NCBI GenBank assembly: GCA_044223005.1
Contig: JBGAML010000001.1
Coordinates: 128,001 to 192,000, forward strand
Reading direction: 5' to 3'
DNA length: 64,000 nucleotides
Origin: Candidatus Eiseniibacteriota bacterium
GTDB taxonomy: Bacteria > Eisenbacteria > RBG-16-71-46
In this document: positions 38,450 through 47,465 of the stretch, one piece after another
Position numbering within the stretch: position 1 is the first letter of the stretch
Layout of the letters: each line of letters starts with the position of its first letter
Made by a program: the position numbers and the translations under genes
The notes under the pieces: generated by a model
Seen by the model: the letters and a program-made list of their open reading frames with translations, nothing else
What the model was told of the DNA's origin: nothing
Databases searched by the model: none

Positions 38450-39616
38450 ATGAGCGACGCGATGCAACCCCCCACCGGTCCCGATCCCGTGCCGGATGCC
38501 CTCTCCCCGCCCGCCGCCGATCCGGCCGCGGCGCTCGAGATCGATGCCGCGGGCATCCAGCGCGGACTGCTCGCGTGGCTCGGGATCGTGATCGTCGGCG
38601 GCTTCGGCGCGGTGCTCATGGGTCACGCCGAGGGCGCGTTCCTCTTCGCCGCGGCGGGCGCCTTCGCGCTCGCGCAGGCCACCGACGCCGCCGCGGTGCT
38701 CGAGCGCTATCGCGCGTTCGTCCGCGACCAGCTCCCGCGCGGGAGCGCCCACGGCGTGCTGGTGCGCACGATCGTGCGCGCACTGGTGCCGCTGGCCGGC
38801 GCCCTCTTCTACGTCGCGTTCGGCTTCTGGGCGTGGCGCGGTGACCCCGAGCACGCGTACGTCTTCGCCGCCCTGTGGTGCGCCGGCGCCACGATCGTGA
38901 GCCTCGCGCTCGCGTGGCGTTCCGTCGCCGACGCCGTGACGCGCGCCTGTTTCGGCGGCACGACGGGCCGCACGCGCCGGCTCACGGCGCGCCTCGTCGT
39001 GATCGCGCTCCTGATGCCGGTGCCCGCTTCGCTCGTCGCCCCGATGCTGCTGGACGTGCTGCGCGAGGCCGGTACCCCGCTCGCGGACGCGCCCGGGCTC
39101 GTCGCGCAGCTGCTCGGCGAGATCGCGATCGCGCTCGCCGGTGTCGGCTGGCTCGTGCGCCGAGGAGGCCGCAGCACGCTCGAGCGCCTGGGTATCACCG
39201 CGATGCGGCCCGCGCACTGGCTCGTCGCGCTCGCGGGCTTCGCCGGCCTGGTCGCCCTGAACGCCGGCACCGAATGGGTGCAGCACCGCTGGTTCCCCGC
39301 GCTCTGGCGGCACGACCACGACGTGACGCAGCTCATCGCCGGCAATCTCTCGATCGCCACGTCGCTCCTGCTCGGGGTGAGCGCCGGCGTCGGCGAGGAG
39401 ATCGCCGTGCGCGGCGCGCTGCAGCCGCGGCTCGGGATCCTGCTGAGCGCGCTGCTCTTCGCCTCGGGTCACGTGCAGTACACGTGGTACGGCATGGTCA
39501 CCGTGGCGGGGCTCGGGATCTGCCTCGGGCTCGTCCGCGACCGGACGAACACGACCACCGCGATCGTCGTGCACGCGGGCTACGACATCTTCGCGGTGCT
39601 CACGAGCGGCCAGTAA
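38450..39616 (+). CDS. CPBP (Abi/CAAX) intramembrane metalloprotease
   Basis: GEEIAVRG, LFASGH, IVVHAGYD motifs; many TM segments. Confidence 0.9.
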   Translation: MSDAMQPPTGPDPVPDALSPPAADPAAALEIDAAGIQRGLLAWLGIVIVGGFGAVLMGHAEGAFLFAAAGAFALAQATDAAAVLERYRAFVRDQLPRGSAHGVLVRTIVRALVPLAGALFYVAFGFWAWRGDPEHAYVFAALWCAGATIVSLALAWRSVADAVTRACFGGTTGRTRRLTARLVVIALLMPVPASLVAPMLLDVLREAGTPLADAPGLVAQLLGEIAIALAGVGWLVRRGGRSTLERLGITAMRPAHWLVALAGFAGLVALNAGTEWVQHRWFPALWRHDHDVTQLIAGNLSIATSLLLGVSAGVGEEIAVRGALQPRLGILLSALLFASGHVQYTWYGMVTVAGLGICLGLVRDRTNTTTAIVVHAGYDIFAVLTSGQ

Positions 39617-39628
39617 CCGCCGCGGGCG

Positions 39629-40345
39629 TCAGCGCACGCCGACTCCGGGCTCGGGCGCGATCACCTCGGCCGCCACGCCGCGCGCGGCGAGTTCGGCGCG
39701 CAGCGCCGCGGGCGTCCCGGTGAGCGGCGGGAACGTGCCCCAGTGCATGGGCACGACCCACTTCACGCCGAGCTTCTCGACCGCCCAGGCCGCCTCGCGC
39801 GGGCCCATCGTGTACTTGTCGCCGATCGGCAGGATCGCGATCTCCGGCGCGTAGAGCTCGCGCACGGCCACGAACTCCATCGTCGGCCCGGTGTCCCCGG
39901 AGCAGTAGATCCGCAGCCCGTCCTCGAGCGTGATCACGTACCCCGCCTCGCTGCCGCCGTCGGGCCGGCCGGGTTCGTCGAAGCTCGAGGAGTGCGTGGC
40001 GGCCGTCATCGTGAACGCCAGTCCCGCCACGCGGGCGGTCCCTCCGGGCGCGAGGTCGACGATGCGCTCGACGCCCCGTCCGGCCAGGTGCTCCCCGACT
40101 TCGAACCCGCAGACGACAGTGCTGCCGAGGCGCGTGGCGAGCGCGACCGTGTCGCCGACGTGGTCACCGTGCGCGTGCGTCAGCGCGATCACGTCCGCGC
40201 GCGCGGGCGCGCGGCGATCGTCGGGGCAGCGGGGATTGCCGCCGAGCCAGGGATCGAGCAGGACGACCGTACCCTTCGCCGTGACCAGCTCGAACGCGCT
40301 GTGCCCGAGCCACGTGAGCGAGAACCCGCGATTCCAGACCTGCAT
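39629..40345 (-). CDS. metal-dependent hydrolase (MBL fold, UPF0173-like)
   Basis: WLGHSAF, THAHGDH, ATHSS, SGDT, LPIG..YTMG..EAA, PMHWGTFP. Confidence 0.92.
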   Translation of the reverse strand: MQVWNRGFSLTWLGHSAFELVTAKGTVVLLDPWLGGNPRCPDDRRAPARADVIALTHAHGDHVGDTVALATRLGSTVVCGFEVGEHLAGRGVERIVDLAPGGTARVAGLAFTMTAATHSSSFDEPGRPDGGSEAGYVITLEDGLRIYCSGDTGPTMEFVAVRELYAPEIAILPIGDKYTMGPREAAWAVEKLGVKWVVPMHWGTFPPLTGTPAALRAELAARGVAAEVIAPEPGVGVR

Positions 40346-40389
40346 GGTGCGCTCCCGCGTGAACGCGCGGCCGCGTTCCGTGCGGACGA

Positions 40390-41787
40390 TCAGCGAGTGG
40401 AGCCGACGCCCGCTTCCGCGATCTCCTCGAGCCGCGCCGTGAAGTGCCGCAGGACCGGGGCCTCGTAGGTGAGGCGCAGGCCCTTCAGGCGATGGCGCTC
40501 GCGGTGGATCTCGATGACCGAATCCGCCACGTAGCGCATGTGTTCGGTCGTGTAGACGCGGCGCGGGATCGCCAGCCGCACGAGCTCCAGCTTCGGCCAG
40601 CGCATCTCGCCCGTCGCCGGATCGGGCTGCGCGAACATCAGGCTGCCGACCTCGACCGCGCGGATGCCGAAGTCGCGGTAGAGCGCGACCACGAGGGCCT
40701 GGCCGGGGAACTGCGACTGCGGGATGTCCGGCAGGAACCGGCGCGCGTCGATGTAGACCGCGTGGCCGCCGACGGGCTTCACGATCGGCACGCCCGCGGC
40801 GTCGAGCCGCTCGCCGAGCTGCGCGACCTGCCCGATGCGGAACGCGAGGTAGTCCTCGCTCAGCACTTCCTTGAGGCCCCGCGCGATCGCCTCGAGGTCG
40901 CGACCCGCGAGTCCGCCGTAGGTCGGGAAGCCCTCGATCAGGATGAGCAGGTTGGTGATCCGCTGCGCCCAGTCGGCGTCGTTGAGCGCCAGGAACCCGC
41001 CGATGTTGACCAGGCCGTCCTTCTTGGCGCTCATCGTGCAGCCGTCGCCGTACGAGAACATCTCGCGCGCGATCTCGGCCACCGGCTTGTCCGCGTAACC
41101 GCTCTCGCGCTGCTGGATGAAGAAGCAGTTCTCGGCGAACCGGCAGGCGTCGAAGAAGAGCGGCACCTGGTGCCGGTCGCACACGGCGCGCACCGCGCGC
41201 ACGTTGGCCATCGACACGGGCTGGCCGCCGCCGGAGTTGTTCGTCACCGTCAGCATGACGAGCGGGATGTGCGAACGCTTCTCGGTCAGCAGGCGGTCGA
41301 GCTTGGCCGGATCGAGGTTGCCCTTGAATGGGTGCATCGTCGTGGGGTCGAGCCCCTCGTCGACGACGAGATCCGCCGCCTCCGCGCCCTGATGCTGGAT
41401 GTTGGCGCGCGTCGTGTCGAAGTGGATGTTGTTCGGCACGATGTCGCCGGCCTTGAGCACGGTCGAGAACAGCAGGTTCTCGGCGACGCGCCCCTGATGC
41501 GTGGGAATCACGTGCCGGTAGCCGAACAGGTCGCGGACTGTTCGCTCGAAGTGGAAGTAGTTCTTGCTGCCGGCGTACGACTCGTCGCCGATCATGAGCC
41601 CGGCCCACTGCTGGTCGCTCATCGCCGACGTGCCACTGTCGGTGAGCAGGTCGACGTAGATGCTGTCCGCGGGGACCGAGAAGATGTTCAGGCCCGCTTC
41701 GAGGATCAACCGCTCGCGCTCTTCACGCGACACGCGCCGCAGCGGCTCGACGACCTTGATGCGGAAGGGTTCGGCTGGAAAGCGCAT
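40390..41787 (-). CDS. tnaA: tryptophanase (PLP-dependent)
   Basis: EPFRIK, DLLTDSGT, THQGR.AE, MSAKKD (PLP Lys), EGFPTYGG; GIRAVEVGS and LRHFTA favour TnaA over tyrosine phenol-lyase. Confidence 0.88.
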   Translation of the reverse strand: MRFPAEPFRIKVVEPLRRVSREERERLILEAGLNIFSVPADSIYVDLLTDSGTSAMSDQQWAGLMIGDESYAGSKNYFHFERTVRDLFGYRHVIPTHQGRVAENLLFSTVLKAGDIVPNNIHFDTTRANIQHQGAEAADLVVDEGLDPTTMHPFKGNLDPAKLDRLLTEKRSHIPLVMLTVTNNSGGGQPVSMANVRAVRAVCDRHQVPLFFDACRFAENCFFIQQRESGYADKPVAEIAREMFSYGDGCTMSAKKDGLVNIGGFLALNDADWAQRITNLLILIEGFPTYGGLAGRDLEAIARGLKEVLSEDYLAFRIGQVAQLGERLDAAGVPIVKPVGGHAVYIDARRFLPDIPQSQFPGQALVVALYRDFGIRAVEVGSLMFAQPDPATGEMRWPKLELVRLAIPRRVYTTEHMRYVADSVIEIHRERHRLKGLRLTYEAPVLRHFTARLEEIAEAGVGSTR

Positions 41788-41943
41788 GAAACGCAGTGTA
41801 CGCGTGCGGGTTCGCGCGACTCAACCCCGCGCGCCGCGGGGAGAACGGAACGCCGCGCGTGCGCGTTCGCATCGCGCGACGATCCCGGAGCGGAGCGATC
41901 GTGAAAACCACGAAACCACCCGCCACGCACGGGGTATGTCCTG

Positions 41944-41971
41944 TTGATACACGATCCTTAGGTGGTACCAT
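41944..41971 (+). promoter_or_regulatory. sigma70-like promoter TTGATA-16-TACCAT with extended -10 (TG)
   Basis: AT-rich patch in a very GC-rich background; points into an ORF-free structured region. Confidence 0.65.
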
Positions 41972-41977
41972 GATGTC

Positions 41978-42225
41978 GTTGCACCTCGCGCGCTTCGGCC
42001 GGCGGTGTCCACATCCATCGTCCGGCGAACGTGGAGTCCCCAAGTGCCCGGCCCCGTGCCGGGTGCGAACAGCGTTCCCCTTGTCGAGCATGCTCGCGAG
42101 AGGATGCGCTGTGAATCGTTCGGATGGATGTGGGATCGGGGGACTCCGCCCTCCGTTCGGGAAGCAGCGCATCACTCCAGCGTACCGGGACACGAGCCGG
42201 CCTTCGGGCCGGCTCGCGGCCTTTT
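41978..42225 (+). ncRNA. candidate structured non-coding RNA of about 245 nt, family unrecognised
   Basis: Upstream promoter; several long-range complementary segments; two cUUCGg hairpins; 3' hairpin with TTTT; no credible ORF. Confidence 0.6.
42193..42225 (+). terminator. hairpin CGAGCCGGCC-TTCG-GGCCGGCTCG followed by TTTT
   Basis: Perfect 10-bp stem with UUCG loop on the + strand. Confidence 0.65.
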
Positions 42226-42239
42226 CGGGCGGTGCGCCC

Positions 42240-42899
42240 TCAGTTGGTGCCGGGAGGCGTGTCGGTCTCGCCCGGCGCCTCGGGCTCGGCCAGGCCGCTC
42301 ATGCACTCGTGCAGCCGGCGGGCGCGCTCGAGCACGCTGTCGAGCGCGAGCAGGTCGAGCCGGGTGGCGGTGTCGATCCGCAGCACCTGGGCGAGGCCGC
42401 CGACGAGCGCCTCGAGCGACGCGTCCGCGTCCACCACCGGCGGCGCGACCCATGCGGCGGCGCCCAGCGGCACGAGCCGCTCGGCCTCGCGCAGCAGCGC
42501 GGAGCGCTCCATCGCGGCCAGCGGATCCCCTTCGTCCATGGGCAGCGAGCGCAGCCGCTCGACCTCGCACGCGCGGTACGGGAACTCGCGGCGCACGGCA
42601 CCGAGCCGGACGCGCTCGACGCCGGCCACGACCAGGTCGTAGCAGTCGTTGGGCAGCCACTCCACCCGCTCGAAGCGCGCGAGACACGCGAGCGGATGGA
42701 ACGCGGGGCTCAGGTGGTAGTCCCGCTCCCAGCCCGGGAGCAGCGTCGCGATCGCGAGCACCCGCCCACCCGAGAGCGCGTCCCGCACCATGGTGCGATA
42801 GCGCAACTCGAACACGTGCAGGGGCAGCCGGGCGTGCGGGAAGAGCACGACGTCCGGCAGCGGAAAGACGGGGACCAGCGACTCCGATCGTGCGGCCAT
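42240..42899 (-). CDS. LON peptidase substrate-binding (N) domain protein
   Basis: PVFPLPDVVLFP...LPLHVFE.RYR.MV.DAL. Confidence 0.9.
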   Translation of the reverse strand: MAARSESLVPVFPLPDVVLFPHARLPLHVFELRYRTMVRDALSGGRVLAIATLLPGWERDYHLSPAFHPLACLARFERVEWLPNDCYDLVVAGVERVRLGAVRREFPYRACEVERLRSLPMDEGDPLAAMERSALLREAERLVPLGAAAWVAPPVVDADASLEALVGGLAQVLRIDTATRLDLLALDSVLERARRLHECMSGLAEPEAPGETDTPPGTN

Positions 42900-43003
42900 G
42901 CGGGCCTCGCGGGCCGAGGTGGCCCCGCGGCCGCGAGCGCGGCGGCGGGGCCCATGGGCCGGGTTCCGGAGGGAACGTTCACGCGGAACGTTCCCGGCCG
43001 GGA

Positions 43004-43486
43004 CTAGTCCTCGCGAACGAACCCGAGCACGTCGGCGACGTGCCCTTCGACCTTCACCTTCGGATAGATCTGCGCGATGCGGCCCGTGCGGTCGATGATG
43101 AACGTCGTCCGCTCGATGCCGAGGTACTTCTTGCCGTAGAGGTTCTTCTGCTTGTAGACGCCGTAGGCCTTCGAGACCGCGGCGTCCTCGTCCGCGAGCA
43201 GGTCGAACGGCAGCTTGAACTTCTCGCGGAACTTGGCGTGCGAGTCGATCGGGTCGTTCGAGATGCCGAGGATTACCGAACCGGCCTGCTCGAAGTCCTC
43301 GCGCAGGTCGCGGAAGCCACAGGCCTCCTTGGTGCACCCGGGCGTGTCGTCCTTCGGATAGAAGTACAGCACGACGGTCTTCTTGCCCTTGAACTGCTTG
43401 AGCGAAACCGTCTCGCCGGACGTGGACGGCAGCGAGAAGTCGGGTGCGGGCTTGCCGATCACCGGCAGCAGGCTGGCTGTGGCCAT
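43004..43486 (-). CDS. bcp: thioredoxin-dependent thiol peroxidase (Bcp/PrxQ)
   Basis: VLYFYPKDDTPGCTKEAC.FRD...GIERTTF. Confidence 0.95.
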   Translation of the reverse strand: MATASLLPVIGKPAPDFSLPSTSGETVSLKQFKGKKTVVLYFYPKDDTPGCTKEACGFRDLREDFEQAGSVILGISNDPIDSHAKFREKFKLPFDLLADEDAAVSKAYGVYKQKNLYGKKYLGIERTTFIIDRTGRIAQIYPKVKVEGHVADVLGFVRED

Positions 43487-43508
43487 GGGGAACGACCTCC
43501 GAAAGCGC

Positions 43509-43535
43509 GCCCGGGCTCCCGATGGGAGCCCGGGC
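43509..43535 (-). terminator. hairpin between sod and bcp
   Basis: GCCCGGGCTCCC-gat-GGGAGCCCGGGC perfect 12-bp stem. Confidence 0.5.
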
Positions 43536-43571
43536 CGGGGGGCGGGCACCCGCCCCCGGACGAGAGAAGTG

Positions 43572-44186
43572 CTACTTGCCGACGGCGTGCATGGCGAGCG
43601 CGCGCTCGAGATTCTGCTCCACCACACCCCAGTCGAGGTTGTTGAAGAAGGCTTCGATGTACTTGGCGCGCGCGCGGCCGTAGTCCAGCCAGTACGCGTG
43701 CTCGTACACGTCCATCGCCAGCACGGGGGTCGCGTTCCACAGCGGGAACGTGTTCTGCGCATCGCCCACGACGGTTGTCAGCACCGAGAGGTCGTGGTCG
43801 TACGCCAGCCAGACCCAGCCGCGCGCCGCGAGCCCGGACGCCTTGAAGTCGGCGAGCCACGCGTCGTACGAAGGGAAGTCGCGCTGGATCAGCTCCATCG
43901 TGCGCGCGAGGGGCTGGCCGCCCTTGCCGCCGAGGTGTCCGAAGTAGGTCTCGTGGTTCTTCACGCCGCCGATCGCGAACGACAGATCGACGCGCAGCGA
44001 ACGCAGGTCGCTGAAGATCTGGTTCGCCGTCGAGCGGTCGACGGTGTCCAGCTTCTTCTGGATCTCGTTCGTCTTGGCGACGTAGCCCTTGTAGAGCTCG
44101 TAATGCTCTTCCTGGGTCCGCTGGGAGATGCCGTTGAGCTCGCGGATCGACGCGAACGTCTTGGCGGTGAGTTCCTTCCAGGCCAT
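43572..44186 (-). CDS. sod: Fe/Mn superoxide dismutase family protein
   Basis: HYELY.GYV, NHE.YF, GWVWL, DVYEHAY metal ligands. Confidence 0.92.
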   Translation of the reverse strand: MAWKELTAKTFASIRELNGISQRTQEEHYELYKGYVAKTNEIQKKLDTVDRSTANQIFSDLRSLRVDLSFAIGGVKNHETYFGHLGGKGGQPLARTMELIQRDFPSYDAWLADFKASGLAARGWVWLAYDHDLSVLTTVVGDAQNTFPLWNATPVLAMDVYEHAYWLDYGRARAKYIEAFFNNLDWGVVEQNLERALAMHAVGK

Positions 44187-44261
44187 GAAATCCTCCGAAT
44201 CGGGCCGGTGGGTCGGGAGCCGGCCACGGGTCTCCGGCGGGGCGCGAGGCGCCGAACGCGG

Positions 44262-44290
44262 AGACTAGGCGGGCACTTGAACGGGGTCAA
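44262..44290 (-). promoter_or_regulatory. sod promoter TTGACC-17-TAGTCT with overlapping TTGA-N6-TCAA inverted repeat
   Basis: Inverted repeat at 44277-44290 overlaps the -35 box; resembles a CRP/FNR-family box. Confidence 0.55.
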
Positions 44291-44338
44291 CCACTGCTGA
44301 GATTCGCCGGAGCCGCCGCGGTTTCGCGCGAAAACCAC

Positions 44339-44800
44339 TCACGGCCGGGACGCGGCGGGACGCTCGCGGACGCCCTCGGCGTCCCGGACGAGCCCGGCGG
44401 CCACCGAGTCGAGCAGCCGCTGCACGCGCGGGCCGCTGACGTCGCATTCGGAGTCGTAGCGCCGGCAGGCCGCGAGCGTGAACCCGCAACCGCAGGTGCA
44501 ACGTTGGGCGTTGGCGAAGCGCAGGAACACCTCGCGCCGCGCCGGATCGAGCCCCGACGCGTCGATGCCGGGGATCTCGTCCACCCAGGCGTTCTTCTGG
44601 TCCTCACCGATCGCGGCGAGCCGCGCCCGGCGCTGGGCCGGCGTCTCCGCCCCCGTGGCCGGCGGAGCGGGCGGCCGCGGCGCCGAGCGCGTGAGGTAGA
44701 GCGCGAGCCCGCCCAGCCCCAGCGCGAGCGCGACCGCGACGGCGAGCAGGATCCGCGCGAGCGGCGTTCCGCCGGGGTCGGGAGTCGATCCATCGTCCAT
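44339..44800 (-). CDS. membrane-anchored Cys-rich hypothetical protein
   Basis: One TM helix; CTCGCGFTLAAC..YDSEC motif. Confidence 0.75.
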   Translation of the reverse strand: MDDGSTPDPGGTPLARILLAVAVALALGLGGLALYLTRSAPRPPAPPATGAETPAQRRARLAAIGEDQKNAWVDEIPGIDASGLDPARREVFLRFANAQRCTCGCGFTLAACRRYDSECDVSGPRVQRLLDSVAAGLVRDAEGVRERPAASRP

Positions 44801-44943
44801 GCTCGCGAGCCTAAACGCATCGCGCCCGCCACGCGAACGGCGCCCTCCTCCGCGGGTGCACGGCGAGCCGGGAGGCATTAGCTTAGGTCTCCATGCGCGG
44901 CGAGAACGGGCTGCGCCGACGTCACGACCCACCCGGAGGATGC

Positions 44944-45513
44944 ATGAGCTGGATCGCCCGCACCGCCCCCGAGGCCGCCACCGGAACGCTCCGCGAGATC
45001 TTCGACCGGATCCGCGCCCGCGCGACGTCGCAGCGCGTCTCGCACGTGTGGCAGGCCTGGGCGGGACATCCGGCGGGACTCGAGGCCGCGTTCGACGCCT
45101 ATCGTGCGCTCATGGACGACCCGGCGCCCTTGACGCCGGCCCAGGCGGAGATGATCGCGCTCGTGGTGTCGGCGACCAACGGCTGCGGTTACTGCGTCGC
45201 GCACCACGGCCCCAAGCTCGCGCGCCTCGCCGGGGAGGAACTGGCCCGCGATATCGCGCGCGATTACCGCTCGGCGAATCTCGCGGCGCGCGATCGCGTG
45301 CTGCTCGACGCCGCCGTCGCGCTCACGTGCGAGCCGGCCGAGCGGACGCCCGCCGACGTGGAGCGGCTGCGCGAGTATGGATTCGACGACGCGGCCGTGC
45401 TGCGCGCGTTCGAGATCGCGGGCTACTACTCGTGGGTGAACCGCGTGGCGCTCGCGCTGGGAATCGAGCTCGAACCCGGCCTCGCCGCGTGGGAGTTCGG
45501 CACGCAGAAGTGA
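44944..45513 (+). CDS. AhpD-like peroxidase-related enzyme
   Basis: EMIALVVSATNGCGYCVAHH; GGAGG SD. Confidence 0.9.
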   Translation: MSWIARTAPEAATGTLREIFDRIRARATSQRVSHVWQAWAGHPAGLEAAFDAYRALMDDPAPLTPAQAEMIALVVSATNGCGYCVAHHGPKLARLAGEELARDIARDYRSANLAARDRVLLDAAVALTCEPAERTPADVERLREYGFDDAAVLRAFEIAGYYSWVNRVALALGIELEPGLAAWEFGTQK

Positions 45514-45538
45514 GCCGGGCGCGCACCGCGCCCGCGCG

Positions 45539-46240
45539 TCACGCCCAGCCCTGCTCGATCAGCGCGCGCGTCTCCTCGACCGCGACACGCCAGAGCGCGT
45601 ACATCTCGTCGTCCGCGCGCTGGTAGAGCCCGGCGAAGTTGCCGTCGCCCAGCTTCTCGCGGATCGCGGCGGGTCCGAGGTGCGTCCACGACGCGTACGG
45701 CTGCTCGGGCTTGGCCTCGCGCGGAAGCGCCACGCCCTCGAGTCGCGTCCACGGGAAGTTCTCCATCCACGACGCGTGCGAGGCCAGCGGGTCGATCTCG
45801 CGTACCTTCTCCAGCGTCTTCGGCGCGTTCCACCAGTTGTGCCACTTCACCTGCGCGCCCGGGTGCGCGGCGATCCATTCGGCGACCGCGGCCTGCGCCG
45901 GCACGTTGCCCCCGTGCCCGTTGACCACGAGCACGCGGCGGAAGCCGTGCGGGTGCAGCGCGTCGAGGGCGTCGCGCACGAACGCGCAGAGCGTCTCGAC
46001 CCGCAGCGAGATCGTCCCGGGATAGGCCATGAAGTTGGGCGTGATGCCGTAGGGCATCACCGGGAACACCGGCACGCCCAGCGGCTCGGCCGCGTCCTCG
46101 GCGACACGCGCGGCGAGGATCGCATCCGTGGCGAGGCTCAGGTAGGCATGCTGCTCGGTGCAGCCGATCGGCAGCACCGCGCGGTCGTCGCTCCGCAGGT
46201 ACTGCTCCACCTGCATCCAGTTCGCCGCCGAGATCTTCAT
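45539..46240 (-). CDS. creatininase family amidohydrolase
   Basis: LPIGCTEQH..LSLATD, YPGTISL, VNGHGGN, HA..E. Confidence 0.92.
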   Translation of the reverse strand: MKISAANWMQVEQYLRSDDRAVLPIGCTEQHAYLSLATDAILAARVAEDAAEPLGVPVFPVMPYGITPNFMAYPGTISLRVETLCAFVRDALDALHPHGFRRVLVVNGHGGNVPAQAAVAEWIAAHPGAQVKWHNWWNAPKTLEKVREIDPLASHASWMENFPWTRLEGVALPREAKPEQPYASWTHLGPAAIREKLGDGNFAGLYQRADDEMYALWRVAVEETRALIEQGWA

Positions 46241-47448
46241 CCGCGCCTCGCTTCCTCGTAGAGAGCCAGCAACCCGGCCACGTGCGTCGCGACGTCGCTC
46301 ACCCGGCGCACGTGTTCGCGCCCGGCCTCGCCCCAGCGGCTCGCCGCGGGATCCGCGAGCGCTCGCTTCGCCGCCGCCGCGTGCGCGGCCGCGTCGCCCG
46401 GCGGTGCGAGCAGGCCCGTGCGCTCGGGCTCCACCAGCTCGGGCAGCGCGCCGATGCGCGACGCCACGACCGGCCGGCCGTCGAGCAGCGCTTCGGCGAC
46501 GCTGTAGCCGAACGTCTCGTGGAAGAGGCTCGGCACCACGACGAGCGCCGCGTGCTGGCGCAGCGACTCCAGCGCTTCGTGCTCGATGCGCCCGACGAGC
46601 CGGATGCCCGGGTGCCGGCGCTCCGCGAGCCAACCCGCCAGCGGGCCCTCGCCGGCCACGACCAGCGGCACCGGCGCGATCGCGTCGGCGATCGCCGGCA
46701 GCGTGCGCACGCCCTTCTCCTCCGAGAGCCGGCCGAACGAGAGTGCGTAACGCTCCGGCAGCGCGGCCGGACGCGGACGCGGAACCGGCGTCTCGATGCC
46801 GTGCGCGAGCACGCGCGCGCGCGCAGCGGGTGCACCGAGCGAGACGGCCTTGTCGCGCGCCCACGCCGACGGCGCGATCCACAGCCGCACCGCGCGATAC
46901 GCACCGATCGCGTCGTGCAGGTAGGCCTCCGCGGTTCCGACCAGGCTCTTGCCGCGCGAGCCCTGCACGCACGCCGTCGCGGCCGCGTGCCAGTGCGCGC
47001 CGCCACGGCAGCGCTCGCACGGTGCGCCGTGCGCGTAGAGCAGGCGGTTCGTGCACCACGGCTTGAAGTCGTGCAGCGCGTGCACGACCGGCACGCCCGC
47101 GCGCTCGAGCGGCCGCAGCACGCTGGGCGTGAGGTAGCGGCTCGGCGCGTGCACGTGTGCCACGTCGGGCCGGAACGCCGCGAGCAATCCTTCCATCGCG
47201 CGCGCGGCCGGGCGCGACCACAGCGCCCGCGGCAGCTGCGGCAGCTGCGCGAGCGCCGAGCCGCCCTCGCCGAAGTCGGCGGCGGGCGCGAAGTGCGCCG
47301 CGGTCGGGCTCGGGGCGTTGCGGGGATCGCGCGTCGCGAAGTGCGCGACCTCGTGCCCGGCGGCCGCGAGCCAGCGCGCGTCGTCGAAGTAGGTGCGCTC
47401 GACGCCCCCCTTCAGCCAGTGGAAGGCGTTGACGAGCAGGACGCGCAC
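46237..47448 (-). CDS. glycosyltransferase family 4
   Basis: KGGVE, FRPDVAHVH, GRLSEEKG, PS..HETFG.SVAEA; start codon approximate. Confidence 0.9.
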   Translation of the reverse strand: MRVLLVNAFHWLKGGVERTYFDDARWLAAAGHEVAHFATRDPRNAPSPTAAHFAPAADFGEGGSALAQLPQLPRALWSRPAARAMEGLLAAFRPDVAHVHAPSRYLTPSVLRPLERAGVPVVHALHDFKPWCTNRLLYAHGAPCERCRGGAHWHAAATACVQGSRGKSLVGTAEAYLHDAIGAYRAVRLWIAPSAWARDKAVSLGAPAARARVLAHGIETPVPRPRPAALPERYALSFGRLSEEKGVRTLPAIADAIAPVPLVVAGEGPLAGWLAERRHPGIRLVGRIEHEALESLRQHAALVVVPSLFHETFGYSVAEALLDGRPVVASRIGALPELVEPERTGLLAPPGDAAAHAAAAKRALADPAASRWGEAGREHVRRVSDVATHVAGLLALYEEARRG

Positions 47449-47465
47449 GTCGGTCCGCGCCGGCG

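Noticed and set aside
40390..41787. Tyrosine phenol-lyase
   Set aside because: Has GIRAVEVGS and LRHFTA (tryptophanase-like) rather than ERG and LRFFTA.
41978..42225. tmRNA, RNase P RNA or SRP RNA identity for the structured region
   Set aside because: No tRNA-like GGGG...CCA ends or T-loop, no GAGGAAAGTCC, and no SRP domain IV motif seen; 6S RNA is not excluded.
41788..42239. tnaC-like leader peptide or attenuator for tryptophanase
   Set aside because: No credible Trp-containing leader ORF with an SD. tnaA has a -10 hexamer 7 nt before its ATG, and the structure signals (cUUCGg loops, promoter) point to the opposite strand.
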